This document shows, piece by piece, positions 10,757 to 18,710 of a stretch of DNA of 64,000 bases; positions within the stretch are counted from its first letter, which is position 1, and each line of letters starts with the position of its first letter. The stretch comes from an uncultured Ignavibacteriales bacterium (GTDB taxonomy: Bacteria; Zixibacteria; MSB-5A5; GN15; JAAZOE01): positions 48,975 to 112,974 of the forward strand of contig CAZJWR010000003.1 of the NCBI GenBank assembly GCA_964549765.1. The letters are read 5' to 3'. Under the pieces are notes generated by a model. It searched no databases and was not told the DNA's origin. It saw nothing but the letters and a program-made list of their open reading frames with translations. Both the position numbers and the translations under genes were made by a program.

Positions 10757-11758
10757 TCAAGTTTTATTGAGGATTATATCGGCGGCCCGTCCGCATTTGC
10801 CGCATTTTCTGTCCTTGTTGACGCCGGTAAGCTTCGTCTGATACCATGAACGGGTTACCAGCGTATTGCCGCAGGCTGGGCAACGGGTGTCGGAGCGACC
10901 CTCGATCTGCATATTGCCGATGAAGATATAGTTCAGGTACTGATCGATAATCTCACAGGCGCTAATCAGCGTCTGTTTCGAAGTGGCCGGCTTGTCCAGT
11001 TGATAATCGGGATGGTAGGCCGAGAGATGCAGGGGGATATTTTTGTCAACCGAGGCAAGGAACTCGCCCAGCTTATGGAAATCCTCGTCGCTGTCGTTCA
11101 ACTCCGGAATGACCAGATTGGTGACCTCCAAATGCGCGGGCGAGGCGCCCACGATGCGGATGACTTCGAGAACCGGCTCCAGTTTTCCCTTGCAGATGCG
11201 GCGGTAGAATTCCGGGCGCATGCCCTTGAGGTCGATGTTGAAGGCGTCGATTAACGGTAGTAATTCCCGCAGAGGTCCGGGATTGATATAGCCGTTGCTG
11301 ACCATAACATTCACCAGTCCGGCCTCGCGGACCCTGGGAGCGGCGTCGAGCAGATATTCGAACCAGATCATCGGTTCGGTGTAGGTATAGGCGACGCCGA
11401 CCGATCCGCGTTGGGCGCCGACCCGAGGAAGTTCCTCTGGGGAAATATAGGCGGTCGGCGCTTTCTCCTGCGAAATTTGCCAGTTCTGGCAATTCTGACA
11501 CGAGAGGTTGCAGCCGTTGACGCCGATGGAAACGATATCGGCTCCGGGGAGAAAATGATAGAGCGGTTTTTTTTCGATGGGATCAATGGCGACAGTCACG
11601 GTCTCGCCGTAATTTTCCGTCATAAGCCGGCCGGCGTCGTTGAACCGGGACTGGCAGATGCCCCGGCGATCCGGTTTCAGGCGGCATTCTGCCGGACACA
11701 GATGGCATTGCACCCGATCATCTTCAAGTTTTTCGTAATGTAGCGCTTCTCTGATCAT
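10757..11758 (-). CDS. amrS: AmmeMemoRadiSam system radical SAM enzyme (PflA-like activase fold)
   Basis: N-terminal Cys cluster (VQCHLCPAECRL...GICQSR), radical SAM CxxxCxxC (GCNLSCQNCQNW) and a C-terminal zinc-ribbon-like CPACG...CGKCG. The ATG overlaps the upstream stop by 4 nt (ATGA). Confidence 0.75.
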   Translation of the reverse strand: MIREALHYEKLEDDRVQCHLCPAECRLKPDRRGICQSRFNDAGRLMTENYGETVTVAIDPIEKKPLYHFLPGADIVSIGVNGCNLSCQNCQNWQISQEKAPTAYISPEELPRVGAQRGSVGVAYTYTEPMIWFEYLLDAAPRVREAGLVNVMVSNGYINPGPLRELLPLIDAFNIDLKGMRPEFYRRICKGKLEPVLEVIRIVGASPAHLEVTNLVIPELNDSDEDFHKLGEFLASVDKNIPLHLSAYHPDYQLDKPATSKQTLISACEIIDQYLNYIFIGNMQIEGRSDTRCPACGNTLVTRSWYQTKLTGVNKDRKCGKCGRAADIILNKT

Positions 11759-13317
11759 TTTCCATTTATGATACGTTCTGCGGCAGCAGCCAAATCGTCG
11801 CCTATATAATACGGGCGGGAATATATGTGCGTGGGCAATTGCTTTTCGGCTTCAGCGCCTTTGCCGGTGCGAACCAATAGCGACCGGGGGCCGACGGCAA
11901 GCCCGCACTGAACGTCGGAATATTTGTCTCCAATCATGAACGATCGCTTGAGGTCCAGACCCAACTTCCGGGCGGCCTCTTCCAACATCCCGCCTTTGGG
12001 TTTGCGGCAGTCGCAGTCCGCCGTGAATTCGGGATCATCGCCGTCGGCGAGGTGCGGGCAATACCGCACATCGTCGGGTTCGGCATCCTTTTCGCGCATC
12101 TGCCGCCGCAGCTCCTCGTGGATAACATCCACTGTCTGGGCGGTGAAAAAGCCTCTCGCCACGCCGGACTGATTCGACACGACGACTATTTTATAACCGG
12201 CCTTCTTCAGGTTCTCAACCGCTTCCATCGAACCCGGCAGAAATTCGATTTTATCGGGATCGGCCAGGTAGTCGTTGTCGATAATCAGGGTCCCGTCGCG
12301 GTCGACGAACACGGCCGGGTCGAGTTTGATCTGATCGAGCATAGCGGCGACTTTATCGTAGACCATGTCCACGGTCAGGCGGGTGAAGCAGTATTGCATG
12401 TCCCGATAGCAGGCCTTGTTTCCGTGCAGTGAACACGGCCGGCAGGGTTCATCGATGCCGAGCACGACATCATGGACGCCCTTGGGGGAAAAGCCGAGCT
12501 GTTCATGGGTTGGGCCGTAGAGGGCCACGGTGGGTGTGCCGACGGCCGATGAGACATGCATCAGACCGGAATCATTGGTGAGCGTCAGGCGGCCGGCAGA
12601 AAGTAGCGCCGCAACTTCGGGCAGCGGGCGGTCGATATGGAATGAGACGAGATCGTCCGGGAGATTTTGAAAATGACTCTTGAGATCGGCTTCAGCCTTA
12701 CCGAGTAAGATGCGCACAGGAAATTTGAAGTCATAGATGATCCGCTCGGCAAGTTCTGCGAATCTTTCCGGCGGCCACGCCTTTACCGCAGCGCTGGCGC
12801 CGGGGACGATGGCCACGCCTTCGCGGCGGAGCCCATCGCCGGACAAGACGTTATCGGGAAGATCCAGATCCGGCAGACGGGCCAGACGGGCGCCTTTCAG
12901 TTCGTCGATGACGCCGTTGTACAGATCGATCGTATGCGGCACCGGGGAAACGAATTTCTTCTGATTGACAGCGGCCTGACGTCCTTTGCGGCGTTTGTGA
13001 TAGACGACCTTGTAAGGCGCTTTGGTCAGGGCCGAGAGATGGAACGAACGGAAGTTCTTGTGTAAATCAACCATCAGATCGGGATTGAATTCGTCGATCC
13101 GCGACGAAAGTTCGACCAGGTCGAAATAATTGCCGTCATCGGGAAAGGCGATCACGTCGTCAACTCCCGGCAGCATTTTCGCCAGCGGACGATACATTTC
13201 CCGCGTCACGAAAACGATGTTTGTGTCGGGATACAAAAAGCGCAGATTTTTTATGGTCGGTCCGGTCAGGGTGACATCCCCGAGCCGGCCCAGTCGAATC
13301 ACGGCTATGGTTTTCAT
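11755..13317 (-). CDS. fusion protein: glycosyltransferase family 9 (LPS heptosyltransferase-like) plus D,D-heptose 1,7-bisphosphate phosphatase (GmhB-like HAD)
   Basis: N-terminal GT9 signature (IAVIRLGRLGDV...NDSGLMHVSSAVGTPTVALYGPT). C-terminal HAD motif FVDRDGTL, VVVSNQSG and the GmhB zinc site CPH...CDCRKPKGGM. Start trimmed to MKTIAV at 13317, overlapping the uppP stop by 1 nt. Confidence 0.8.
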   Translation of the reverse strand: MKTIAVIRLGRLGDVTLTGPTIKNLRFLYPDTNIVFVTREMYRPLAKMLPGVDDVIAFPDDGNYFDLVELSSRIDEFNPDLMVDLHKNFRSFHLSALTKAPYKVVYHKRRKGRQAAVNQKKFVSPVPHTIDLYNGVIDELKGARLARLPDLDLPDNVLSGDGLRREGVAIVPGASAAVKAWPPERFAELAERIIYDFKFPVRILLGKAEADLKSHFQNLPDDLVSFHIDRPLPEVAALLSAGRLTLTNDSGLMHVSSAVGTPTVALYGPTHEQLGFSPKGVHDVVLGIDEPCRPCSLHGNKACYRDMQYCFTRLTVDMVYDKVAAMLDQIKLDPAVFVDRDGTLIIDNDYLADPDKIEFLPGSMEAVENLKKAGYKIVVVSNQSGVARGFFTAQTVDVIHEELRRQMREKDAEPDDVRYCPHLADGDDPEFTADCDCRKPKGGMLEEAARKLGLDLKRSFMIGDKYSDVQCGLAVGPRSLLVRTGKGAEAEKQLPTHIYSRPYYIGDDLAAAAERIINGK

Positions 13318-14108
13318 CAATACATCACTAAAAACGAAATCGCGCCGGCCACAAGGCAATAAAGCCCGAATAGATAAAAGCGGCCGGTGGCGACGATTTT
13401 CAACAGGTAGTGGATCGCCAGCAGACCAACAATGAAGGATACCAGCGCGCCAACAACATACTCTATTCTTGTACCGGAGGCGATTAATTCAGTTCCTGAA
13501 GATAGCGTATCGAGGAGGAAGGCGCCACCGATGGCCGGAACGGCCAGAAGAAACGAGAATTCCGCCGCCAGTGACGGGTCCATCCCGAGAAACATGGCGC
13601 CTGAGATGGTCGTCCCCGACCGGGAAATTCCCGGCAGAATGGCGACGGCCTGAGCGCAGCCGATCGCGAGACCACGAGCCATCGTCAGTGGTTTCTGCCT
13701 ATTCACCGCCAGCCGCGTCAGCAACAGGATAATTCCGGTGACCATAAGCATCAGAGAAGCGAACTCAGGCGAGTCGAAGGCCTTTTCGAAGTACCCTTTA
13801 AGCGAAAGGCCGATAACGCCCGCCGGAATGGTGCCGATCACAACCGCCCAGAAAAGCCGTCGGTTTTTCTCCGGCTCCGGGGCGCTTGGACGGAAGAGGA
13901 TCGCCTGCGCGACGGTGTAAATTCTGCGACGGAAGTACACGAGGACCGCCACCAGGGTGCCCATATGCAACCAGACTTCCAGATGAAGGCCGGGCGCCGA
14001 CAGACCCAGGAGTTTTTGTGTGATGACCAGATGTCCCGAAGACGAAATCGGGAGAAACTCGGTCAGCCCCTGGATAATACCCAGAATGAGAGCGTCAAAT
14101 AAATTCAT
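13317..14108 (-). CDS. uppP: undecaprenyl-diphosphate phosphatase
   Basis: MNLFDALILGIIQGLTEFLPISSSGHL and PGISRSGTTI are hallmark BacA/UppP motifs. Polytopic membrane protein. Confidence 0.95.
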   Translation of the reverse strand: MNLFDALILGIIQGLTEFLPISSSGHLVITQKLLGLSAPGLHLEVWLHMGTLVAVLVYFRRRIYTVAQAILFRPSAPEPEKNRRLFWAVVIGTIPAGVIGLSLKGYFEKAFDSPEFASLMLMVTGIILLLTRLAVNRQKPLTMARGLAIGCAQAVAILPGISRSGTTISGAMFLGMDPSLAAEFSFLLAVPAIGGAFLLDTLSSGTELIASGTRIEYVVGALVSFIVGLLAIHYLLKIVATGRFYLFGLYCLVAGAISFLVMY

Positions 14109-14164
14109 ATCAAACCGGCGTGACCCTTGTGGTAAGCAGTGATTCTCGGTCAGTTATCTCCGCA

Positions 14165-14845
14165 TCAAAAGGCGGCAATATCAATACCCAGCATAAAGGC
14201 GGTCTGGTCATCGATCTGGAATTCGGCGGTAAAATCGACCAGGGGCGTCACCGAGAAAAGCGCGCCCATATTCAACCCGATCTCAAAATCAGAATCCGAA
14301 TACCCTTCGAGTCTCCGGTTATCTCGATAAAAGGCGTCGGCATGGTTTCTCTGATACCGTAGGTTGAGCCGTGCATACGGTTCGATGGAGGACCGGTTTT
14401 GGAAAACGAAGGGCCGCGAGGCTATGACCGATCCGCCAATACCGAGCACATCGTACCATTGCAGGACGGCGTATTCCATGCCGGCCCCAAGGGAGAGGTC
14501 AATCGGATTACGATAGCCGCCTTCGGACGCCTCACCCGTCTTTCCGTCGCTGAATTTCCACAGCAGGTATTTGGCGTCGACGCCCATGATGATATGCGGA
14601 TCTGTGTGGGAACCTTCCTCATCGATAAATCCGAGGCGGAATCTTCCTTCGGTAAACGGGCCGAAGCCGTACCGGAACGATCCCACGACGGCGAAAGCAT
14701 CTTCGGCGGAAACGATATATCCACCGATCTTCCCCGCATTGGCTGGGAGAATACTGGCCGGACTCATCTGGCCGAGAAATTGCGCCGAGGCGGTCGCGGC
14801 TGAAATCAGCACTATCGCGGTGAAAATCAAAACCGTTCTTCGCAC
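14165..14845 (-). CDS. small outer-membrane beta-barrel protein (porin-family-like), function unknown
   Basis: Signal peptide (VLIFTAIVLISAATASAQ), alternating beta-strand pattern, C-terminal Phe (DIAAF). Start moved to the GTG at 14845, which has AAGGAG 7 nt upstream. Confidence 0.6.
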   Translation of the reverse strand: MRRTVLIFTAIVLISAATASAQFLGQMSPASILPANAGKIGGYIVSAEDAFAVVGSFRYGFGPFTEGRFRLGFIDEEGSHTDPHIIMGVDAKYLLWKFSDGKTGEASEGGYRNPIDLSLGAGMEYAVLQWYDVLGIGGSVIASRPFVFQNRSSIEPYARLNLRYQRNHADAFYRDNRRLEGYSDSDFEIGLNMGALFSVTPLVDFTAEFQIDDQTAFMLGIDIAAF

Positions 14846-14881
14846 TATAGACTCCTTTCCAATTTGCAATTTACCATGCTC

Positions 14882-14909
14882 TATATACGCGCCGTATTCG
14901 GTACGTCAA
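14882..14909 (-). promoter_or_regulatory. sigma-70-like promoter TTGACG-16nt-TATATA for the OMP-uppP operon
   Basis: Read on the minus strand: TTGACG (14909-14904), 16-nt spacer, TATATA (14887-14882). About 35 nt upstream of the GTG start. Confidence 0.5.
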
Positions 14910-14945
14910 CAAAAACTAATCCCGGCGGCCGGTTTAAGTTTAACC

Positions 14946-14974
14946 TTGACATTGCCGGCGGCTCTTTCTACTAT
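14946..14974 (+). promoter_or_regulatory. sigma-70-like promoter TTGACA-17nt-TACTAT for the NSS transporter
   Basis: TTGACA (14946-14951), 17-nt spacer, TACTAT (14969-14974). Implies a leader of about 140 nt before the ATG at 15120. Confidence 0.55.
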
Positions 14975-15119
14975 GTGACAAATTTTTCGCGACGATGGTT
15001 TATCGGCCGCAGCCGCGCTCGTTTCGCCGCCGACATCGAATTCGAATTTGCATCGCCCGGTTTTGGGAACTTTCTGGGGCGGCTGCGATTGTTCTGCCAC
15101 TGAATGCGGGAGGAATGAC

Positions 15120-16685
15120 ATGGCGAATGCACCTCGGGAGCATTGGGGCACGCGAATCGGCGTCATCCTGGCCGTGGCCGGTTCGGCGGTCGGCCTGGGG
15201 AACTTCCTGCGGTTCCCTGTCCAGGCGGCCGAAAACGGCGGCGGGGCATTCATGATCCCCTATCTGCTGGCGCTGGTCTTTATCGGCGTCCCCATGATGT
15301 GGGTGGAATGGACGGCCGGGCGCTATGGCGGCGGCTACGGTCATTCATCGGCTCCCGGCATTTTCCAGGCGTTGTGGAAACGAAACCCGGCCATCAAATA
15401 CGTCGGCGTCCTGGGGATACTCGGGCCGCTTATCATTTACATGTTTTATGTCTATATCGAGTCATGGACGCTGGCCTATTCCTATTATTCCCTGACCGGC
15501 AAACTGACCGCCGCCGCCAACGCCGGTCAGTTGACGGGATTCTTGTCCGGTCTCCAAGGGTTGAGCCAGAACGGCTGGTTTGCCAGCATGGCGCCCGCGT
15601 TCATCTTTTTCTGCATAACGTTTCTCATCAATATCGGGATAACGTATTTCGGCATCCGGGGCGGCATTGAAAAAGTCTGCAATATCGCCCTGCCGATTTT
15701 GCTGATTTTCGGCGTCCTGCTGGCCATCCGCGTGCTGACGCTTTTTGCCCCCGATCCGTTACATCCCGATTGGAGCTCATTCAACGGACTTGGATTCTTA
15801 TGGAATCCCGATTTCTCGGCGTTAAAATCGGGCAAGGTGTGGCTGGCGGCGGCGGGACAGGTGTTTTTCACGCTGTCGCTGGGGATGGGAGTGATACTGA
15901 CCTATTCGAGCTACCTGCGCGAAACCGACGACATCGCCCTCTCCGGGCTGACGGCGGCCAGCACCAACGAATTCGCCGAAGTTATCCTGGGTGGGTCGAT
16001 CATCGTCCCGGCGGCGTTCGTGTTTTTCGGCCCCGAAGGCATCGTCGATATCGCCAAATCGGGCGCGTTCAACCTCGGTTTCGTCACCATGCCGGGGATA
16101 TTCGGGCATCTGCCGCTGGGACAACTGTTCAGTTTCCTCTGGTTCTTTATGCTTTTCCTGGCCGGCATCACGTCGTCGATATCGCTGGCGCAACCGATGG
16201 TCGGCTTTCTGGAAGATGAGTTCGGCATGAGCCGCCGCCGAGCGGTGCTGATATTCGGCATCTTTACGTTTATACTCTGCCAACCGGCGGTATGGTTTCT
16301 ATCCAACGGGGTTGTCGATGATCTTGATTTTTGGGGCGGAAACTTCTTCATCGTCCTTGGCGCCACGATCGAGATTATCCTGGTGGCGTGGATTTTCGGC
16401 ATGGACAAGGCCTGGGCGGAAATGCATGTCGGGTCGAGTATCCGCGTACCTCGGATTTTTCGGTTCATTATCAAGTATATCACGCCGGTGTTTCTCCTGA
16501 TCATTCTCGGGACATGGTTCGTCCAGGACTGGATTCCGTTCATATTTATGGAAGGCGTGCCGTCGGAGAATATCCCCTACGTGCTGGGCACGCGGCTGGG
16601 TATTCTGGCCATATTCGTCCTCCTGTGCGCAATGGTCCGGGTAGCCTGGCAACGAAAGAAACGAGCGGCTCAAAAGGAGGTATGA
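15120..16685 (+). CDS. sodium-dependent transporter, neurotransmitter:sodium symporter (NSS/SNF) family
   Basis: WGTRIGVILAVAGSAVGLGNFLRFP...NGGGAFMIPY is the NSS signature. 11-12 TM segments. Start trimmed to the ATG at 15120 (GGGAGGA RBS). Confidence 0.92.
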   Translation: MANAPREHWGTRIGVILAVAGSAVGLGNFLRFPVQAAENGGGAFMIPYLLALVFIGVPMMWVEWTAGRYGGGYGHSSAPGIFQALWKRNPAIKYVGVLGILGPLIIYMFYVYIESWTLAYSYYSLTGKLTAAANAGQLTGFLSGLQGLSQNGWFASMAPAFIFFCITFLINIGITYFGIRGGIEKVCNIALPILLIFGVLLAIRVLTLFAPDPLHPDWSSFNGLGFLWNPDFSALKSGKVWLAAAGQVFFTLSLGMGVILTYSSYLRETDDIALSGLTAASTNEFAEVILGGSIIVPAAFVFFGPEGIVDIAKSGAFNLGFVTMPGIFGHLPLGQLFSFLWFFMLFLAGITSSISLAQPMVGFLEDEFGMSRRRAVLIFGIFTFILCQPAVWFLSNGVVDDLDFWGGNFFIVLGATIEIILVAWIFGMDKAWAEMHVGSSIRVPRIFRFIIKYITPVFLLIILGTWFVQDWIPFIFMEGVPSENIPYVLGTRLGILAIFVLLCAMVRVAWQRKKRAAQKEV

Positions 16686-16686
16686 T

Positions 16687-16797
16687 ATGGACGTCGGCGG
16701 ATGGATCATGCTGGGATTTATGTGGGGCGGGGTCATCACCCTTTTGATCTACTGCTTCGCGAAAATCCTGACGACGGATAAAAGCACCGAGTTGTAG
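16687..16797 (+). CDS. 36-aa single-TM small protein, candidate NSS transporter small subunit (MetS-like)
   Basis: Not in the ORF track (under 60 aa). The ATG is 1 nt after the NSS stop, with AAGGAGG 8 nt upstream. Translation is MDVGGWIMLGFMWGGVITLLIYCFAKILTTDKSTEL: one hydrophobic helix and a charged tail. Confidence 0.55.
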   Translation: MDVGGWIMLGFMWGGVITLLIYCFAKILTTDKSTEL

Positions 16798-16801
16798 CGA
16801 T

Positions 16802-17560
16802 CTACTCGAGCTTGACACCGACCAGCGTCGGGCAACACTCTCCGGCGTCGTTGGGAACTGACGAGCGATGCCGGTGCACTTCGAAGCCGGCCGCGGCCAT
16901 TTCATCCAGCCATGTCTTCAGGGAAAATAATCCGAGCAAATGACAATCGGTTTCGATGGTTAGCTCTCCCCTCTGGCGGATAAGATAGATCAGGTGGCAT
17001 TCGTACCAGGTATCACCCGGATCGGGATCGTAGCTATTGTCGATGAGAGTGATTTCGATATCGTCTTTGGAATTGGTTAGCACCGTCGTTTTGTTTTGAC
17101 GAAAATCATCGGCGCATTCTTCGACATAAGTCACAAAAACTCCACCCGGACGGAGGTGGCTGTAGGCGGTATTGAACGCGGCGCGAAGGCTTTCGATGGT
17201 GCGCATATAGTTAATCGCGTCGAAGATGGTGACGGCGTCGAATCGATTCCCCAGCCGGACGGAACGCATGTCGCCCCGTACATAGGTAACCTCGGGATTC
17301 AACGCCCGGGCCAGCGACAGCATGTTCTCGCTGATGTCGACACCGGTAACCTGAAAATACCGTTTGAGAGTGTGATCGTTATGCCCGCCCCCGCAACCGA
17401 AATTGATAACCCGTTCCACCGGGATAGACGCGTATTTGCGTATAAGACCGATCATTTCTTCGCTTTCGTCGACGTAATCCTCCGGAGGACTGATGATCGG
17501 CCATGTCCAGGCCAGATCGTCGTACAGGCGCCGTTTGTCGCGACTGACGAATGTCTTCAT
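16802..17560 (-). CDS. class I SAM-dependent methyltransferase, substrate unknown
   Basis: Motif I INFGCGGGHND. Downstream motifs VTGVDISENML and FDAVTIFDAINY. GGGGAGAG RBS. Lies 44 nt downstream of the Mre11-like gene on the same strand. Confidence 0.8.
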   Translation of the reverse strand: MKTFVSRDKRRLYDDLAWTWPIISPPEDYVDESEEMIGLIRKYASIPVERVINFGCGGGHNDHTLKRYFQVTGVDISENMLSLARALNPEVTYVRGDMRSVRLGNRFDAVTIFDAINYMRTIESLRAAFNTAYSHLRPGGVFVTYVEECADDFRQNKTTVLTNSKDDIEITLIDNSYDPDPGDTWYECHLIYLIRQRGELTIETDCHLLGLFSLKTWLDEMAAAGFEVHRHRSSVPNDAGECCPTLVGVKLE

Positions 17561-17604
17561 ACTCTCCCCTGTCTCATCCGTTGAAAGAATGCGATCTATC
17601 TATA

Positions 17605-18708
17605 TTACGACTCTTCGGCCTCGGCGCGACGAAGAAAATCCAGAGCCAGCTCCCGCAATTTATCCTTGTCGAGGTGTTCGATCTTTTTGGCGTCGAGGAA
17701 TTTGGAGAAGGCCTGATCCAGCCGCCCCAGATTCAAATCGGCGTAAAGGTTCTCCTCGGGCTTTTCCTCTTTCTCGAAACGCACATCGAGCGAAAAGGCC
17801 TCGTTTTTCAGGGCCGCGATACGGTCGAAGGGCAGTGCCCGGTAGGTTTCCTCGGGAATGTCGGTCAGCCGGATACGGATGATTTTGTCTTCGGGCCGCT
17901 GAGCCCGGACGGCGTTTTCGAGTTTCGCGACGATATCGTCGGCACTTTGTCCCCTGGCGTCGACGGCCGGAAGATCGAGCATGACGCGCGACGGGGTTTC
18001 GTGAAAGACGATCTTGTTTTCACCGGCATCAAGATTTACCTCGACGAATCCCTTGGCGTGTCCCGCTTCGGACTGCGACAGCCGTTCGGTCGATCCGGAA
18101 TAATAAACCATCGGTTCGACCTCGGTGTAGTTGTGATAATGTCCCAGGGCGACATAATCGAATCCCCGGTGAAAATAGGATGAGGCGATTTCCTGCTCGG
18201 ACAGATCGGCCATCTGGAATTCCTTGATACCGGCGACGACGCCGTGCAGCATGAGGATATTATATTTCGCGTCGGGATCGGGTTCGATTTTATTCAATTC
18301 ATCTTTGAGGATATCCGGCGTCAGGCAATGCGGCACGGCGGAAACGCTGCATTCGCCGATGCGCAGCCGTTCGTACCGGGACTGGTATATGACATGGATG
18401 TTTTCGAAATCCCTGAAAATCGACAGCACTGCCCCGATATGCTTCTGCTTGGGGGCGTCATGATTGCCGGAGATGATCACCGTCGGGATGTTCGCTTCGC
18501 GTCCCAGCCGCAGGAGATGCTCCGTGGCGAAGGCGATAATCCGGTTGGGTGGATGCACCATATGGAAGAGATCGCCGGCGTTGATGACGATATCCGGCTT
18601 GAGCGCAATGATGCGATCTACCGCCTCGGCGAAACTATCGAGGATGTCCTGCTGGCGGCGGTCGCTTCCGGCGCCGAGATGATTATCTGCAAAATGGACG
18701 ATCCGCAT
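17605..18708 (-). CDS. Mre11/SbcD-family metallophosphoesterase nuclease
   Basis: Calcineurin-like phosphoesterase motifs in order: HFADNHLG, AGDLFH, SGNHD, LMLHG, GHYH. Length and the C-terminal capping-like region fit Mre11/SbcD. Confidence 0.85.
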   Translation of the reverse strand: MRIVHFADNHLGAGSDRRQQDILDSFAEAVDRIIALKPDIVINAGDLFHMVHPPNRIIAFATEHLLRLGREANIPTVIISGNHDAPKQKHIGAVLSIFRDFENIHVIYQSRYERLRIGECSVSAVPHCLTPDILKDELNKIEPDPDAKYNILMLHGVVAGIKEFQMADLSEQEIASSYFHRGFDYVALGHYHNYTEVEPMVYYSGSTERLSQSEAGHAKGFVEVNLDAGENKIVFHETPSRVMLDLPAVDARGQSADDIVAKLENAVRAQRPEDKIIRIRLTDIPEETYRALPFDRIAALKNEAFSLDVRFEKEEKPEENLYADLNLGRLDQAFSKFLDAKKIEHLDKDKLRELALDFLRRAEAEES

Positions 18709-18710
18709 GG

